Source of the DNA: Monocercomonoides exilis PA203
Taxonomy: Eukaryota > Protista > Preaxostyla
Length of the DNA stretch: 64,000 nt
Direction of reading: 5' to 3'
Assembly: GCA_001643675.2 (NCBI GenBank)
Contig: LSRY02000015.1
Span: 248,001-312,000, forward strand
Every line of letters starts with the position of its first letter. The first letter of the stretch is position 1. Shown piece after piece: positions 47,530-60,999 of this stretch. The position numbers and the translations under genes were made by a program. The notes beneath the pieces are model-generated. The model worked only from the letters and a program-made list of their open reading frames with translations. It was not told where the DNA came from and did not search any database.

Positions 47530-50500
47530 TCCTCATTGTCATACACACAAAATGCCCATTCCTTCAGCAACTGTTATCTGCATCCCTTTCCTGCTCCTTG
47601 TTGTGGTGAAGGAGTCTTTCCAGCTGCATCCTCTGCTTTCATCGAGTCTGTGCAAATTCAAAGAATTCGCGAAGAGCGAAGAAAACGTGGAATGAAAAGT
47701 GGATTTGTGTATTGAGTGTGAGAGAAGCGAAGAAGAATCTTTCTTTTCGAGTTCAATTGCCCAGCATTCAATCGAGAACAAAAGCCACATGCTTGCTTTG
47801 AAGAAATAGCAGTTTTCATGCAATCATCAAAAGATACAATGTTGGAATGGCTTTCACACTGAAAAAACATTCCCTTCAATTCTTCACAAGGCAGACTCTC
47901 ATTCAATAAAAAAAACAATCACTTCACAATACTAGTGAATGTTACCAATCACTCGTTTTCTTCATCCAAACAACATCAGCCTTTCTGTCAATCGCAACTG
48001 CTGATTGATTTTCCTGCTTTCTGAAATGCTGCATCTGCAATGTCTCCAGGTTATTTTGGGTTTTCCCTCCATTGATCTCTCCTCCTCTGCAATTGCACTG
48101 CACATCACAGCTTCTTCAACAAAAAAGTTGCGATTTCTCAAATATCTTCTCTTCTTGTTCTTCAAATCCAATTTCACTCCTCTTTCATTTATTTCCTTTT
48201 CATCTCCCTTTCGTTTTAGCTAAAATACTTGCTTGGGCTGAGTCACAAAAAACAGTCATTGACAGCTGCAAATGAACAAACTGAGATAAATATCTTTCTG
48301 ATGAAATGCGAATGTGCAGAAAGAGGTGCAAACAATTGGAATTGGCAACTTTTTGCTGAAATATTGTTCGCAGAGACAATGAATGTCACGTGGGTTTCTT
48401 CACTCACTCGGAACTCTGCAATGGCTGCTGCCATCTTGCCAGACAATGAAATTGTGAGGTATTTCTTCAAATATGACTGAGAAATTCAACTCTGAAAGTT
48501 CAGCGAAGAATCCTCGCTCCAGCTGAAACACATTTCGCTTTAAAAGCCGATGGTGCTGCCAGCTGCTTTGAAAATAATCACGATTCAGCTTCAAACTTAT
48601 TTTCTGAGTTTATCAAAAATTCAGTTAATGATGAGCTGAATTGTCAAAATTGAAACTCCATTTGTGATGCCTTGCAAACCCCAGCCAAGTTGTCCCACCC
48701 CCAAAAATCATCACGAAATTTCTCCCAGAAGTCTGCTTGCAATCTCCCTGAATGAAGTTATTTCTCGGGAAAAAAATTCAATATTCATCAAAACATCAAA
48801 ATATCAACCTCCAAAAATATCATGAAAAATATATGCACACATTGTGCATCAAACATATGCTCCTTTCATGTGAAATATTCAAATGCACAAATCTCGAAAA
48901 CACTCGTGATGAAAAGAACTCCTATACAGTCATCAATCAATGCTCTCAAATTTATTCAGATGGGAAATTATCGCAAACGACAGTTGTTTTGCAGCAGAGC
49001 TTTGGGGATAATCAAGCAACCTCCATTCTTCAAACAAAATGGGAAAAACAACAAATGCCTGAAAAACAGTCAGAGAGAAATGACTTCAAGCAGGCAATCT
49101 GCAAAACAATGGCAGATAAAGTGCAGAAGGTTTCTCAGTATATTTTTAAACAAGAAAGCAAAACTTCTTCTCCACATTGCTCAATCGGTTGTTTTCATTC
49201 AATCGCTCAACCCAGTATGGCTGATGATCAGGCTTTTATCAAAGAATAAAAAAATTCATAACCAAATGAAACAAAAATTCATTCGAATGCTCTTGATAAA
49301 ATGTGAAATGTGACCAAACAGATATTTCACGGTTTTGTGAGCAAGGATGCGTTGAAACCACAATTGAATTTGTGCATTTATCCTAATCCTTTGAAGCAAG
49401 ATTTTTTTGTAGATAACAATAAACAATGTTTGAAAAATGATTGGTTGAGAACAGCAAAGGGATTTCGACAAGGCCAGATACATGGTGTGAGAAGAATGGA
49501 ATATTAAGAATCAAATTGGAATCAAGCTCAGAAGTTTCCTGGAATTGAGAACTGAAATGCATTTTTTCCACTTTTTCTTTTTGATGCTTTCATTCCTCTC
49601 CACCAGGAAGGGAGTGAGGGGTTAGATTATCATTTTCCATGAAACTTCCACAGGGCATAAGCATTTGTTCCTTTCTGGATTTAAAAATCATTCGGTCATC
49701 AAGAAAAGCAATTGAATTTGGTTTGTGCAAATTTTTCTTTTTTTGTTTTTCAATATTGTTCAAAAACGAGAATTTTAACTTATCTGCTCATTTCATCCAG
49801 TATTGCACAGCCATTTAGATGAACAGAGGATGAGATGAAGTGTTCAACAGCCAGCTCGCTTTGACTATTTCAAACAAAACGATTGCCAAGAGCGGAGCAG
49901 ATGTCAGAGGCTGCATCAGAACACAACAGGTACCATGGGATGCAATCAAGTCCATTGTGAATAACTTCCATATCTTTGGCTTGCTTTGAGCTCCAGCTGA
50001 AAATGTACCTCACTCACCTCATGAAGCAAGGTCAACAAAAAAATATTCAACCATCATCTTTGAATGCTTTGAAAGCCAGTTTTCGATTCAATACCAGTCT
50101 ACGTGCCTAGCATGTGGTATTTCTATTCTCATTGTGAATCGACCTGATTTTTGTGAAGGCAAACTACCTGTTTGAAAATCGAGTGGAATCATCGAGATCT
50201 GAGGTTTTCCAGAAAAGAATATTCCTGTATTCACATTAGTCACTGAAGTGGAAGAAGAAAATGTAGAAGAAGAAGAAGAAGAAAAATGAAAAGATTGAGT
50301 GAAGGGTTCAAAGTGGAAGAGGAAAGAGACGGATGCATCATTTTGCACACAGTCGAAAACGAACTTCAACGCTTTTCAACAAAACAAGAAAAGATGGCAC
50401 AATTTGATATATGTCAATAAGAATCCCGACTAGCGAAGACCAGAAAAATGAAGGTATGCTTTGGCTGTGCATTTCTTTTTTGTTATTGTTATTTGTGAAA

Positions 50501-51340
50501 AAAAACAAAAAATAAAAATGGAACTAGCCAAAGAAAAAGAAATATTTATTTTGTTCTTTTATCATTTTTTATTTTGATTTCAACACATTCAATTTTATCT
50601 TTTTTTGTTAGTTGTCTTTTGTTTTTTGAAGTGCTTTTGGCATATCAGTTGAGAAGGCCTGCGTTCCATATCCTATTAATCGGAACAGAAGACTTTGCAA
50701 AAGAGTCGGTTTGCTGGGGAAAAGAGCTGAGCGTGTCTGGATAAAAACTGTTGTTCGCTCACAGAGATAAATAAATGTGCAAGAAGAGGAAGATTGCTGG
50801 GAGCGAAGAAAAAATGGAAATAAGGCTATTTGAATGGCTGGGCTGAAGATGGCAGGGAAGCAATGTGCAAAGTCCACAATGTGGAAACATGAGGAGCAGA
50901 TTGAAGGAGATTACAGAAAGAGGAAACAAAGAGGAAATATGGAGGAGCAGATGAAATGCCACTGGTTCTGATGCTGCTGATAATGATGTCTCAAGCAGAT
51001 CTCTTCAGAAAAAGAGTAGAATTTGTGATAAATGGTTGAGAAGGAGAAGATTGCAGAAGAAACAAAGTTCAATTCATCCAAGATGCTTGTGCAGAATGAG
51101 GAAAAGGAGAAACAAATAAGAAAAAATAAACAACAAAGAAGATATCAGAGAGAAGATTGGAACTGAAGGGAAAGAAGAGAGAGAGAAGAGGAGATTGAGG
51201 AATGGAAGAGAGGAAGAAAGGGATTGTGGAATGGGCCTTCATTCAACCAAAATAATAGAATGTTTCACAAAGATTTTCATCTTTTGTTTTCAGGGAAGAG
51301 CAGAGCAAGGGGTGAAGAAAGGCTCATCATTTGAATGAAT
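47530..51340 (+). pseudogene. Decayed coding-like region of unknown family (copy B)
   Basis: Paralog of 2640-6430. Confidence 0.4.
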
Positions 51341-51832
51341 CAAAAGATGAATCATTTTGTATTTCTAAATTTTTTATTTATTAGCCAGATTTGTGGTACT
51401 TTTATGAAAACTTTTTTCTTTTTTCAATTTATCCTTGGCTTTGATTCAATGAGATTTAATGGTATGCTTGTTCAGTGCTTCAATTAGAATTTGATACTTT
51501 TCTCATTTCATTTTCTGATATAATATTTGTTTGATATTTATATTTATATTTGAATTTATATTAATTAAAAATTTTGATTTTTATATAATTTTTTTCTTAT
51601 GTTTTCATATTTAATTATTTCATATATTGTCAGATGCTGATTCATAAAGCGGAATATATGAAGAAGCGTTGTTATATCAAGGCTGCATCAAATATTTTGT
51701 GAATTATTATCAAAATGAAATGTCAAACATTCATTTTCTTTTCAATCAGGAATTTGCAATATTTAATTATGGCCATTTTGATCCTTCAAAAAATAATTTC
51801 CTTCATCATCAAAATTGTGTTATCTCATTGAA

Positions 51833-54800
51833 ATGAATGTGCATTTGCAGTTTTTTGCGTGCTTGCTCCTTGCAAATATGTTTGAAACAAAAGGCGTTTC
51901 TGGAAGTTCCACATGGAAAAGCGAAGGTTTCCTCTCAAATGTTCATTTTTCTAATTATCATGCTTTCTCAGGCCAAGACAATGCAAGTGATGCTCAATTT
52001 CCATCAAAGGTTGATGACAGTTATTCATTTGAACAGAGAAATGCATCTGTAGTGAAAAAGTGGAAGTCAGGAACATTTTCAGTGATAAATGCATTTTTGG
52101 GATTCTACAATTCTACAGTCGGACTGAAAAATTTGGCACTTGAATATTCTTCTCCATCATGTGTGCAAATAATAGACAAGTCAAGTGTAGTGATGGAATC
52201 GTGTGTTTCCCACCAAAAATCAACAACTCCTTTTCTTTTGCAAAGTGGGTCAATCAACATTGTGAATTTCACTATGATCCCTCAAATCAGTCTTTGTTCC
52301 AGAAGTCTCGTATTTTCATCTGATGATTCAAATTCGGTCGTTTTGAGAAATTCCATCATGGCAGATCTTTCTATTTCAGCTTCAGACTATTTTGTTGTTT
52401 CAGGAAAGAGCAAAAGCGAACAGATTGATAATTGTGTCTTCAGGAACATGTCTGTGAAATCTGACAAAAGATGTGATAATAAAATGGAGCAATTTTGTAT
52501 TCGAAGTGGAATGGATGGCTGCCTCATTTATTCGTGTGTGAATGTGTTTGAAGGAGGGATCTCAGGTGGATCATTTTCGTCAGAAGAATTCATCTGCAGA
52601 AACACATCAATAAGCTTCGGGAAAAGAGAAATGAATGCTCTTCAGAAAAAAGGACAGATGAATATAACCGATAGCCAATCATTTTCGTTGTGTGAATGGA
52701 CCGATTGCACAGCACCACAAGGAGGTGCTCTTTATGTGCATGACAATGAAAATGCGATTCTGAAAGTTGAAAATTCGTCATTCACAAGATGCGATGCCAC
52801 ATCCACAAGTGGAGGAGGAATATTAGCAATAAAAATTGCTGAATGCATCGTGCAACATACAACAATTACCGAATGTTCATGCGCTGCAATTAATACAGAT
52901 TATGAAGGCGGAGGTTTATCAATTGTTAATATTTTTAACCAACCAATGATTGATAATTGTTTATTTAACAACTGCTCTTCTGGTGATGATGGAGGGGCAG
53001 TGGATCTGCGTCAAGCGAAAACTCAAAGGCAGAATGAATGCATTATTAATTCGATCTTTAAATACTGTGGAGGAAATAATTCTGGAAGTGAAGGAGGAGC
53101 AATATTGCATTGGAATCCAATAGATAAAGTGATAATCTCAAATTGTTTTTTCATCAATTGCTATTCAATGGGTTCAGGAGGAGCAGTTGACCAACTGATA
53201 AATGATAATAATAACGGAATTTTGTTTTACTTCTGTTTTTTCCATAATAATACATGCGCTCTTTGGGGTCATGATATTGTTCTTCACAGTTCAACATCAA
53301 ACAATATTGATTCCAGCTGCTTCTCAACAAGGAATACATCAAACAGAGTCAGCTTGGATCATTCAAAAATCATAGATAGAAGTGAATGGCTTCGAAACGA
53401 TTTTGGAAAAGTGAGGTTTGTCTCATCAACACAAATACAACCAAATTCAAAAGATACATATGCGTGTGGGCTGGATAAAAGCTATCCTTGCAACACCATC
53501 AGCCATTGTTTAACACAACTGATTCCAGATTTTGTCACCAATGTTGAAGTATTTTCGGAAACGATTTCAGAGACGAAGAGTGTGGACTGTGGAACAAATG
53601 CTTTCACAATATATGGTCAAAGTGATTCAACAACAACTGTGCAGACAGAATTAGAAGCTGCTGGGTTGACTCTTTTTACTGTCTCGACAGGAACATTGAC
53701 TGTCAATGATCTTGCCCTTGTGCATGACTCAGCATATGAAAATAATCGAGCCTCAAGGCTATTTGAGATCACTGGAACTGGAAAGATGCATGTCAGCAGA
53801 CTGAACATATCTGTTGGAAGCGGACACTCAACAAAAACAGCATTCACCACAGAGCTGATAAATGTTCAGGGAGGAATATTTCATATGGAAAATGTGAATT
53901 GGGCAAAGACCATCTCAACAACTTCGCTGATTTCTCTTTCTTCAACAAATGAGATTTCATTGACATTTTCAGGGAGCACATTTAATGGGATTGAGAGAAC
54001 AAGGAATGGAGCAGCTGTGATGTCATTGGAAAACGACAAGGCAAACATTGATCTGAATTCTTGTTCATTCGAAGGTTGTGGAAGCACAAGTTCAGAAAAT
54101 GGAGGATCGATGATGCTGTGTGTGGGAGAAGCAAATGAAGTGAAAGTGGAAGGTGGATCTTTCGATGAGTGCTTTTGTTCATCTTCCAATGGTCTTGGAG
54201 GAGGAATCCTCGTTCAGTTGTTGAACGAAAATCCCAATTTTCAGATCTCTTCTTCATTTGGCACAAACACAGCCAAATGGGGAAGTGATATTTTTGTTGA
54301 CTCAATCGATCTGGAAACAACAGCAAAAGGTAGAAAGATAGCCCCGTTGACAGCTTCACTGGATTCTTTCGATAAGGTGAGAGGATATGACAATGGAAAC
54401 ACGAGTTTGGCAATCCCTCTGTGCATTTATCTCCTTCCCACTCCAGAAGAAATTTATGTGAGCAATACCGAGGCATATGATCATTCACATTGTGGAATTG
54501 TCCAATTTCCTTGTTTGACAATGAAGCACTCACTCACACGACAAACAGAAACAAAGAAAGTTGTTGTGAATGGAATGATTTTGATGAGCGATGAATTGGC
54601 ATTTGAAGAAAAGAAACATGAAATCAAAGGAGATGATAAACAAAGTGGCTGGACAGTCTCTGATGCAAGTTCAACATCCAATTCAACGATGATAACAGCA
54701 AGTGTTGAAACAAAATTGTCAAAACTTATCTTCTCTATTCCTCCTTCTCTTTCACATTCAACTTTTATTTCTTCATCTTCACAACTGACTTTGTCTCAAT

Positions 54801-57800
54801 GTTCTCTTTCTCTTCAAAATCCTTTATCTGAATTGACATTTCTATTCTTATCTGTTGAGTCTGGGACATTGACCATTGAATCGTTTTCGGCTTCTTCAAT
54901 CACTTTGAATGGAAATCCATTGATCTTGTTGACTGGAAGCAGCACAAATACCGATTCAATGAGTACCAAATGGCTGAACATGACGAAGTGCAATTTCACA
55001 AAAATAGAAAGAAGAACAGGAAGTGGAGGCTGTGTGAGCATCGATAACAGCAATGATGAAGATTCAAATGGAGAAATAAATATTGAAGAATGTGATTTTG
55101 ATGAATGTTCTGTTTTGGCTGATGAAAGCAGAGGAGGGGCAATCAATGCTCAGTTGAAAGGGAATACTCAATTGAATGTTATTTTGTGCACATTCACAGG
55201 ATGCACAGCACCAGCTGAAGAAGGAAAAACTGGCTTTGGAGGAGGGATGGCACTGAAGCTGATTGATGATGATTCTTCATTTGTGATCTCATCACCTGTT
55301 TTTGAGGAAGACAAACCAAATGTTGCGAAATATGGAAATGATCTGTTTGTTGAATCATCCGACTTGACGAAGAGCATCACAAACACCTCTCTTCCATTTG
55401 TGTCTGGTCATCTGTCAGATATTTCGTTGGATTCTATGAGAGGGTTTGATGGGAATGATACAGTGAATGCTATTCCACTGATTTATTTCTGGAGAGCATT
55501 TGGCTCAGAGATATTTATCAGAGATGATGGAAAAGATGTTTGCACTTGCGGGTTCTCAGATTATCCTTGTTTATCAATCGATTATTCATTGGATCGATTG
55601 CCTGAAGGAAATGAAAAGAATATTAACATCATTGGGAAGGGGATTCTTCAGAAGAGTGTTGATGTGAGTGGGTTTTCAATAAGCTCAAATAATACAGACA
55701 TATGCTCTTTGGAATGTCTCTCATCACTTGAAGGAGCAGAAGGAGCAGCAATGAAGATTTCTGGAATTGCCAATTTCGAACTGATTGACTTTGTTATTCC
55801 ATCATCCTTCACAAGTGGAGTCAATTATTTGATGCATGTTGGATCAAGTGAAGGATTGTTGACTCTGAAAGACTGTTCATTCTCAAAAAATGAAGAAAGC
55901 AGAGGACAAATTACTAATTTTGGGTTGATAAAGGCAGATGGAGGGACGGTTGTATTGGAATTTGTGTCAATGCAATCACTATCCTTTTCAAAGGATGTTA
56001 TTTCTGTGTTATCTTCAACGATTCTGAATGTTAAAAATTTGACAATGAAGAATATTGAGTTGAATAGAGCAAGCGGATTGAGGATATCAAAGAGTTCAGG
56101 GAGAGAAAAAAATGAAGTTGAACAAGATGTTGTAATTGAGTGGAGTTCATTCGAAGAAGTCACCCAAAATACAACAGATGATATTCCCGTCATCCGGAAT
56201 GACAACGATGACGAGACATTGAAAATGGTGATTCGAAACACAACGATGAAGAAGTGTGGCGGAACGAGGTGTGGAAAGGGAGGAGGGATGTTTTGTGTGT
56301 TGAATGAGGGAGGAAAGTTTGACTGCTCATTTTGCACGATTTCTGAGTGCTTCTGCTCCACCACAGGAAGAGGCGGGTGGCTGTTTCTGGAATGTACCTC
56401 GGTGGTTGAACAGCCTCTGAATTTTGTGTTGTCGAATATCACATTCAAAGACAACTCTGCGTTCAGGGGAAGAGATGTGTATGTGAGATGCCATTCAATC
56501 GAAACACAAATTGTTGATGAGCAATTCCTTTTGGATTTCAGAACACCGTTTGTGAAGGAGCGTGCAATATGGGGTGCCACAACAGACTCGTTTGTTGGGG
56601 AAGAGGATCTTCTGCTGAGGGTTGTGAAATATCAGAGTGAGACGATATTTGTTTCTTCAGCAACAGGCAATCACACAGACAGCAAGCAATGCGGAGAGTT
56701 CAATGCTCCATGCCACTCATTGGATGTTGGAGTTCAACACATCATTCCTTCATCATATTCTCAGCTGTTGATCTCAGAGGAGACGATCATCAATGGGGAA
56801 TGTGATGTGCATGATGTGATCATCCGCTCACTTGAGTCTCCCTCAACAGCTTTGGTGTATCTGAACTCAACGATTAATGTCAATGAGGGAAGTCTTCTCA
56901 AAACCTCAGAGAAAGTTCGGATGGAGAGTGTGAAATTTAACTTTGATCAATAGCTTTCGTATTCAGGCAGTTCTGTTATCCATGAGGCAAGCGGCCAATT
57001 ATCTCTTTCATTTGTTGACTTCTCTTCTGTTGGAGAGTCAAACATCAATCAACTTGTTGTTGTTCTCAACTCGACCTTGCTGAGCATTGCAAAAGGGATT
57101 CTGCATGTTGACAACTGCTCAGCATCACTCCTTTCTTTCAAGAAACCTTCATTTCTGCTGAATGGAGATGAGATTTCGATGACAAATATGAAGCTGGAAC
57201 AGATTGAATCAACAAGAAATGTTGTTGAGATTGGGCAATGTGGAAGTGTTGTGCTGAATGGAATTGATGCAGATGGAGTGAAATTGCCTGAAGGTTGCAT
57301 CCTTTCAATTGGCAGTTCAGCTTCGGGAAGTGTTTCGGTTGGAAGCTCCTCATTCAAGAACTGCTCGAGGAATTCAGAAGGAGCTTCTGTTCTTTCCGCT
57401 TCTTCAACTTCTGCTCAAATTGTTCTTTCCAACTGTTCCTGTTCAGCCTGTAATTCTCTGTTAAGCAAAGGAAGCATGATGGAGATGAACAATACGAAGG
57501 ATGTTTTGATGGATTCGTGTCGATTTGTTGGAGTTCTTGCAAAAGAAAGTGAAAGTGAGAGAAATAATGCATTTGAAGAACTTTGCAAGTGGAATAGTTC
57601 GGTTGTTGATTTCTTAAGCAGTTCTGCGATGATGAAAGATACAACAATCTGCAACTCATCAAAGGGAGGGATAACAGTGAGCGGAGGATCCGTGATGATT
57701 GAAGCAGGAAACTTCAGCAACAACAATCCTTTCATTGAGAAATATCCTTCGCTTCGTCGAAATATCATCTGCTCTGATTCTGCTTCAATGACCATTTCCA

Positions 57801-59584
57801 GTTTGAAAGGAGGAGATGGAGTGAAGGATGACTCATCAATGTGGATATTGAATGACGGAAGTCTAATTGAAGGGATTGTTTCTGAAAGAGCATCTTCACT
57901 TTTCATTCCAGTGTTAGAGGGTGTTGAAACAAGGGAGAAAGGAGAAGAAATGGAGGTTGTGTTCAAAGGGAAGCTTCTTCTCCCGTGCAACTTGTCATTC
58001 AAGGTTGTGAAACAGATTGGAGAAGAAAAGCAGATAGAGAAATATGAGTTTGATGAGAGTGGATATGTGTTTGAGACAGAAGTTGAAGGAAGACTGGCAA
58101 GGGAGATGATAAGTGAGGCAGGAGAAGGGGTGGAAGTGAGAGCGAGCATTTTGTTTGGAGATAACAAAAACCCATCATCCACTGATTCTTTCATTGTGAA
58201 GAACAGAAGCGAGCCAAAGGTGAATGGAGATGAAAGGATTGTTGAAGGAGGGAAAGAAAGGAAATCATATTGGTTGTTGATTGTTATTGTGCTTGTTGTT
58301 GTTCTTTTGTTTATTCTAATTGTTGCAGTAATTTCAACACTTCGGTGGAGGAGAGTCAAGAATGAAGCAGAAAATCTGAGAGAGATTGTGAATGATAACA
58401 TCAGAAAGGATCCGAAGCTGATTGAGATGGTGACGATGGAGATGTCACCTGAGGAGCAGTGGCGAAGGGCAGAGAGAGAGGCAGAAAAGAAGAATGAAGA
58501 AAGGATGAAGAAGAGAGTGTATGAAAAAAGTTTGGGACACTCGGAGTCATCGGAGCATTTGTTGAGTGAGAGTGGCTCAACAGAATACATCTTGGGAAAG
58601 GACTCAGACAAGATCCCAGAATGGGCATTGGAGAAGGTTGAAGAAGAGGAAATTAGAAAACAGACTCCATCACCATCAATTTCTTCGACATGTTCAACTG
58701 ATTCAGATTCCACATTTGTTCGAGGGGAGGATTTGTGCCCAACCACCTCATCAATGTCGAACTTGGTGGATGCAATGGCCTGTTCATCCCCTCATGAGAA
58801 GTTGATAGTGGATTTGAGGGATTCGCTGTTCATGCTGCTTCATGGGCTGAACAAGACAAAGGAAATGCCGATTGGCACATTGAAAGAAAGAGAGCAAACA
58901 GCTGCACAGGTGTTGTTCTGGGTGGCAAATCTCGCTCTCCATTCGTTTGATGAAATGGAAAACCCTCTTCAATCTCTTTCCAATTTGAGCCCTCACATTG
59001 TGTTGTTTTCTGAACACATGGTGATATGCATTGTGATGCATTCAGACTTATTGTCAGAAGATGATTCTGATTCATCCTCCATCTCATCATCAACTGTTGT
59101 GACATCTGCCAGTGATGATAGTGAAAGCGACTCTCTGCCCTCATCAGCGTTTGAGGATGAAGATGACTTCAAAAAAGAATGTCTGAGATGGAAGGCGCCA
59201 GAGCTGCAGATGAACAAGAAGATGGGGGCAACAAAGGAATCGGTGTCATTCTCGATTGGGATGATGCTGTGGGAGTGCCTGACCCTTCAAATCCCGTTTG
59301 GAGAGTATGAGGCAGAGGTGGCTGGGCAGAAGATAGTGAATGGAGAAAGACCGATCTTGGATAATGTTAGACAAACGCGATTGTTTGAGATACTCAGGGA
59401 TTGTCTGTCGAATCACGTGAATAGCAGACCTTCATTGCAAGGCATAAAGCGAGTATTCATCCAGCTATTTCCTGAATCAGGGCAAATGATTACGATGTCA
59501 GATGCTGTGGACTATGAAACAGAATCAGAGGAGCATGGAGGCGGGAATAGCGGAGATGGAGAAACAAGTATTGTGAGTTATTGA
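51833..59584 (+). pseudogene. Paralog of the receptor-like pseudokinase, interrupted by a single in-frame TAG (56951-56953)
   Basis: ORFs 51815-56953 and 57077-59584 are in frame and colinear with 10628-18391. NFDQ*LSYSG aligns with NFDQSFSYSG. Confidence 0.85.
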
Positions 59585-60716
59585 AAGGAATGAAAAAAGA
59601 CAATGAAGAATGAAAAAAAATAAATAAATAAATAAAAATAAAAAAAAAAAATAAAAATAAAAATAAAAGATAAGAAACGATGCATGCAATTATGAGGAAT
59701 GATTGATGGATAGAATCGGATTTGGAATCGGATTTAGAAGCGATTTTCTGATGAAAGATTTTGAGAATGTGTAACTTTGAATGTTGCATCTCTGCTTGAT
59801 TGAGCAAACACATGCTTTGAAGAGAAAAAGATTGCGATTTAACGATCAACCTGAATCTTTTTAGCTATTCAAAGCAATTGTAACATGAAAAAAAGAAAAA
59901 AGAACCATTTTTTTCTTTCAGTGTTTCTTTCGTTATTTCTTTGAGCAGTTGGAGTTGTTTTGATCACGCCTAGGGAAACAAAAGTTAAGCATCATCAGAA
60001 CAAGAATATTTATGTGATGAAAACTGATTATTTCCACTGAAAGCAAACAGTTCCGTAGCACATCTATTATGGGGGATAATCACAGAGTATTTGATTTCCA
60101 TTTTTCAGAATATGTTAAAACGGCTGCACTTAAAGTTGGAGCGCAGCCAAGGTGGATGGTCATTTATCCAATTGTCCAGACAATTGGCAGCATAGGGCCA
60201 CATAATCCTGTCTGCATAAACACAAGTTTTGGCACATCTATTAACTCTTCCGAATGGAAGTACAGCATTCCATTCTTCTCAAGGAATGAGAGGAATACAA
60301 CATTGGAAGGCAAAGATTTGTTGGTGCAGTTGAAATTGTTGATGACCACATTGAATTTTTCACGATTTTTTTGAGATATAGGTGATTGCGATTGGGGTGG
60401 ACTTTTTAATGGGACACTTTCCTTTATTGGCACTTTATTTGTTTTGATGTGCCAATCAAGCGAGAATTCCAAATTAGTTTCAATGCCCTAACTGACCTTT
60501 TAAATCAAATTTTTTTACACTATTATTTGCAAGGTAGTTATTTTTTTGTTTTTGTTTGTTATCCATTTCGAAATTGAGGTGTTTTTTTGTTTTTTGTTAA
60601 TTTCAAAGTTATTCTAAACATCCAACAAAGATTTTCTCAAAAATCTGAAACAGAGATTTGAAAAATATTGACTTTTGTCTATTTATCTTTGAAAAATATT
60701 CAAAAGATTTTAAAAC

Positions 60717-60751
<35 letters not shown>

Positions 60752-60999
60752 CATTTCATAATATTTTAACAAACAAACAGAAATCTGATTTATTTTATGG
60801 TTTTTAAATAATGGCAAAAATAAAGGAAACAAAATGAGTGAAATGTTCGAAATAAAGTCTTTGTGTGAAATTAGTAGTCCATTGCTGAATTATGATAATT
60901 TGATACAATTAATAAGTTTTTCACTTGATTTGATATATGATCATTTGATAAAGTGTTTCACAATTTTTTTGTCGAGAACAATCAGGAACTTCAACACAT

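Larger units (their letters stand above)
44303..59352 (+). repeat. Segmental duplication, copy B
   Basis: Colinear with 2054-18147 apart from copy-specific insertions. Confidence 0.9.

Noticed and set aside
797-56953. TAA/TAG reassigned to Gln (as in Streblomastix), suggested by lone in-frame stops at 797, 8995 and 56951
   Set aside because: RPS8, RRS1 and the TMEM181-like gene end in TAA and DPP III ends in TAG. The 2,587-aa ORF has no internal TAR, and the TAG at 56951 aligns to Ser, not Gln.
60719-60751. Poly(T) runs (also 19339-19382 and about 30283-30308) as retroposon tails
   Set aside because: No TSD or adjacent LINE/SINE body was seen, and homopolymers are common throughout the window.
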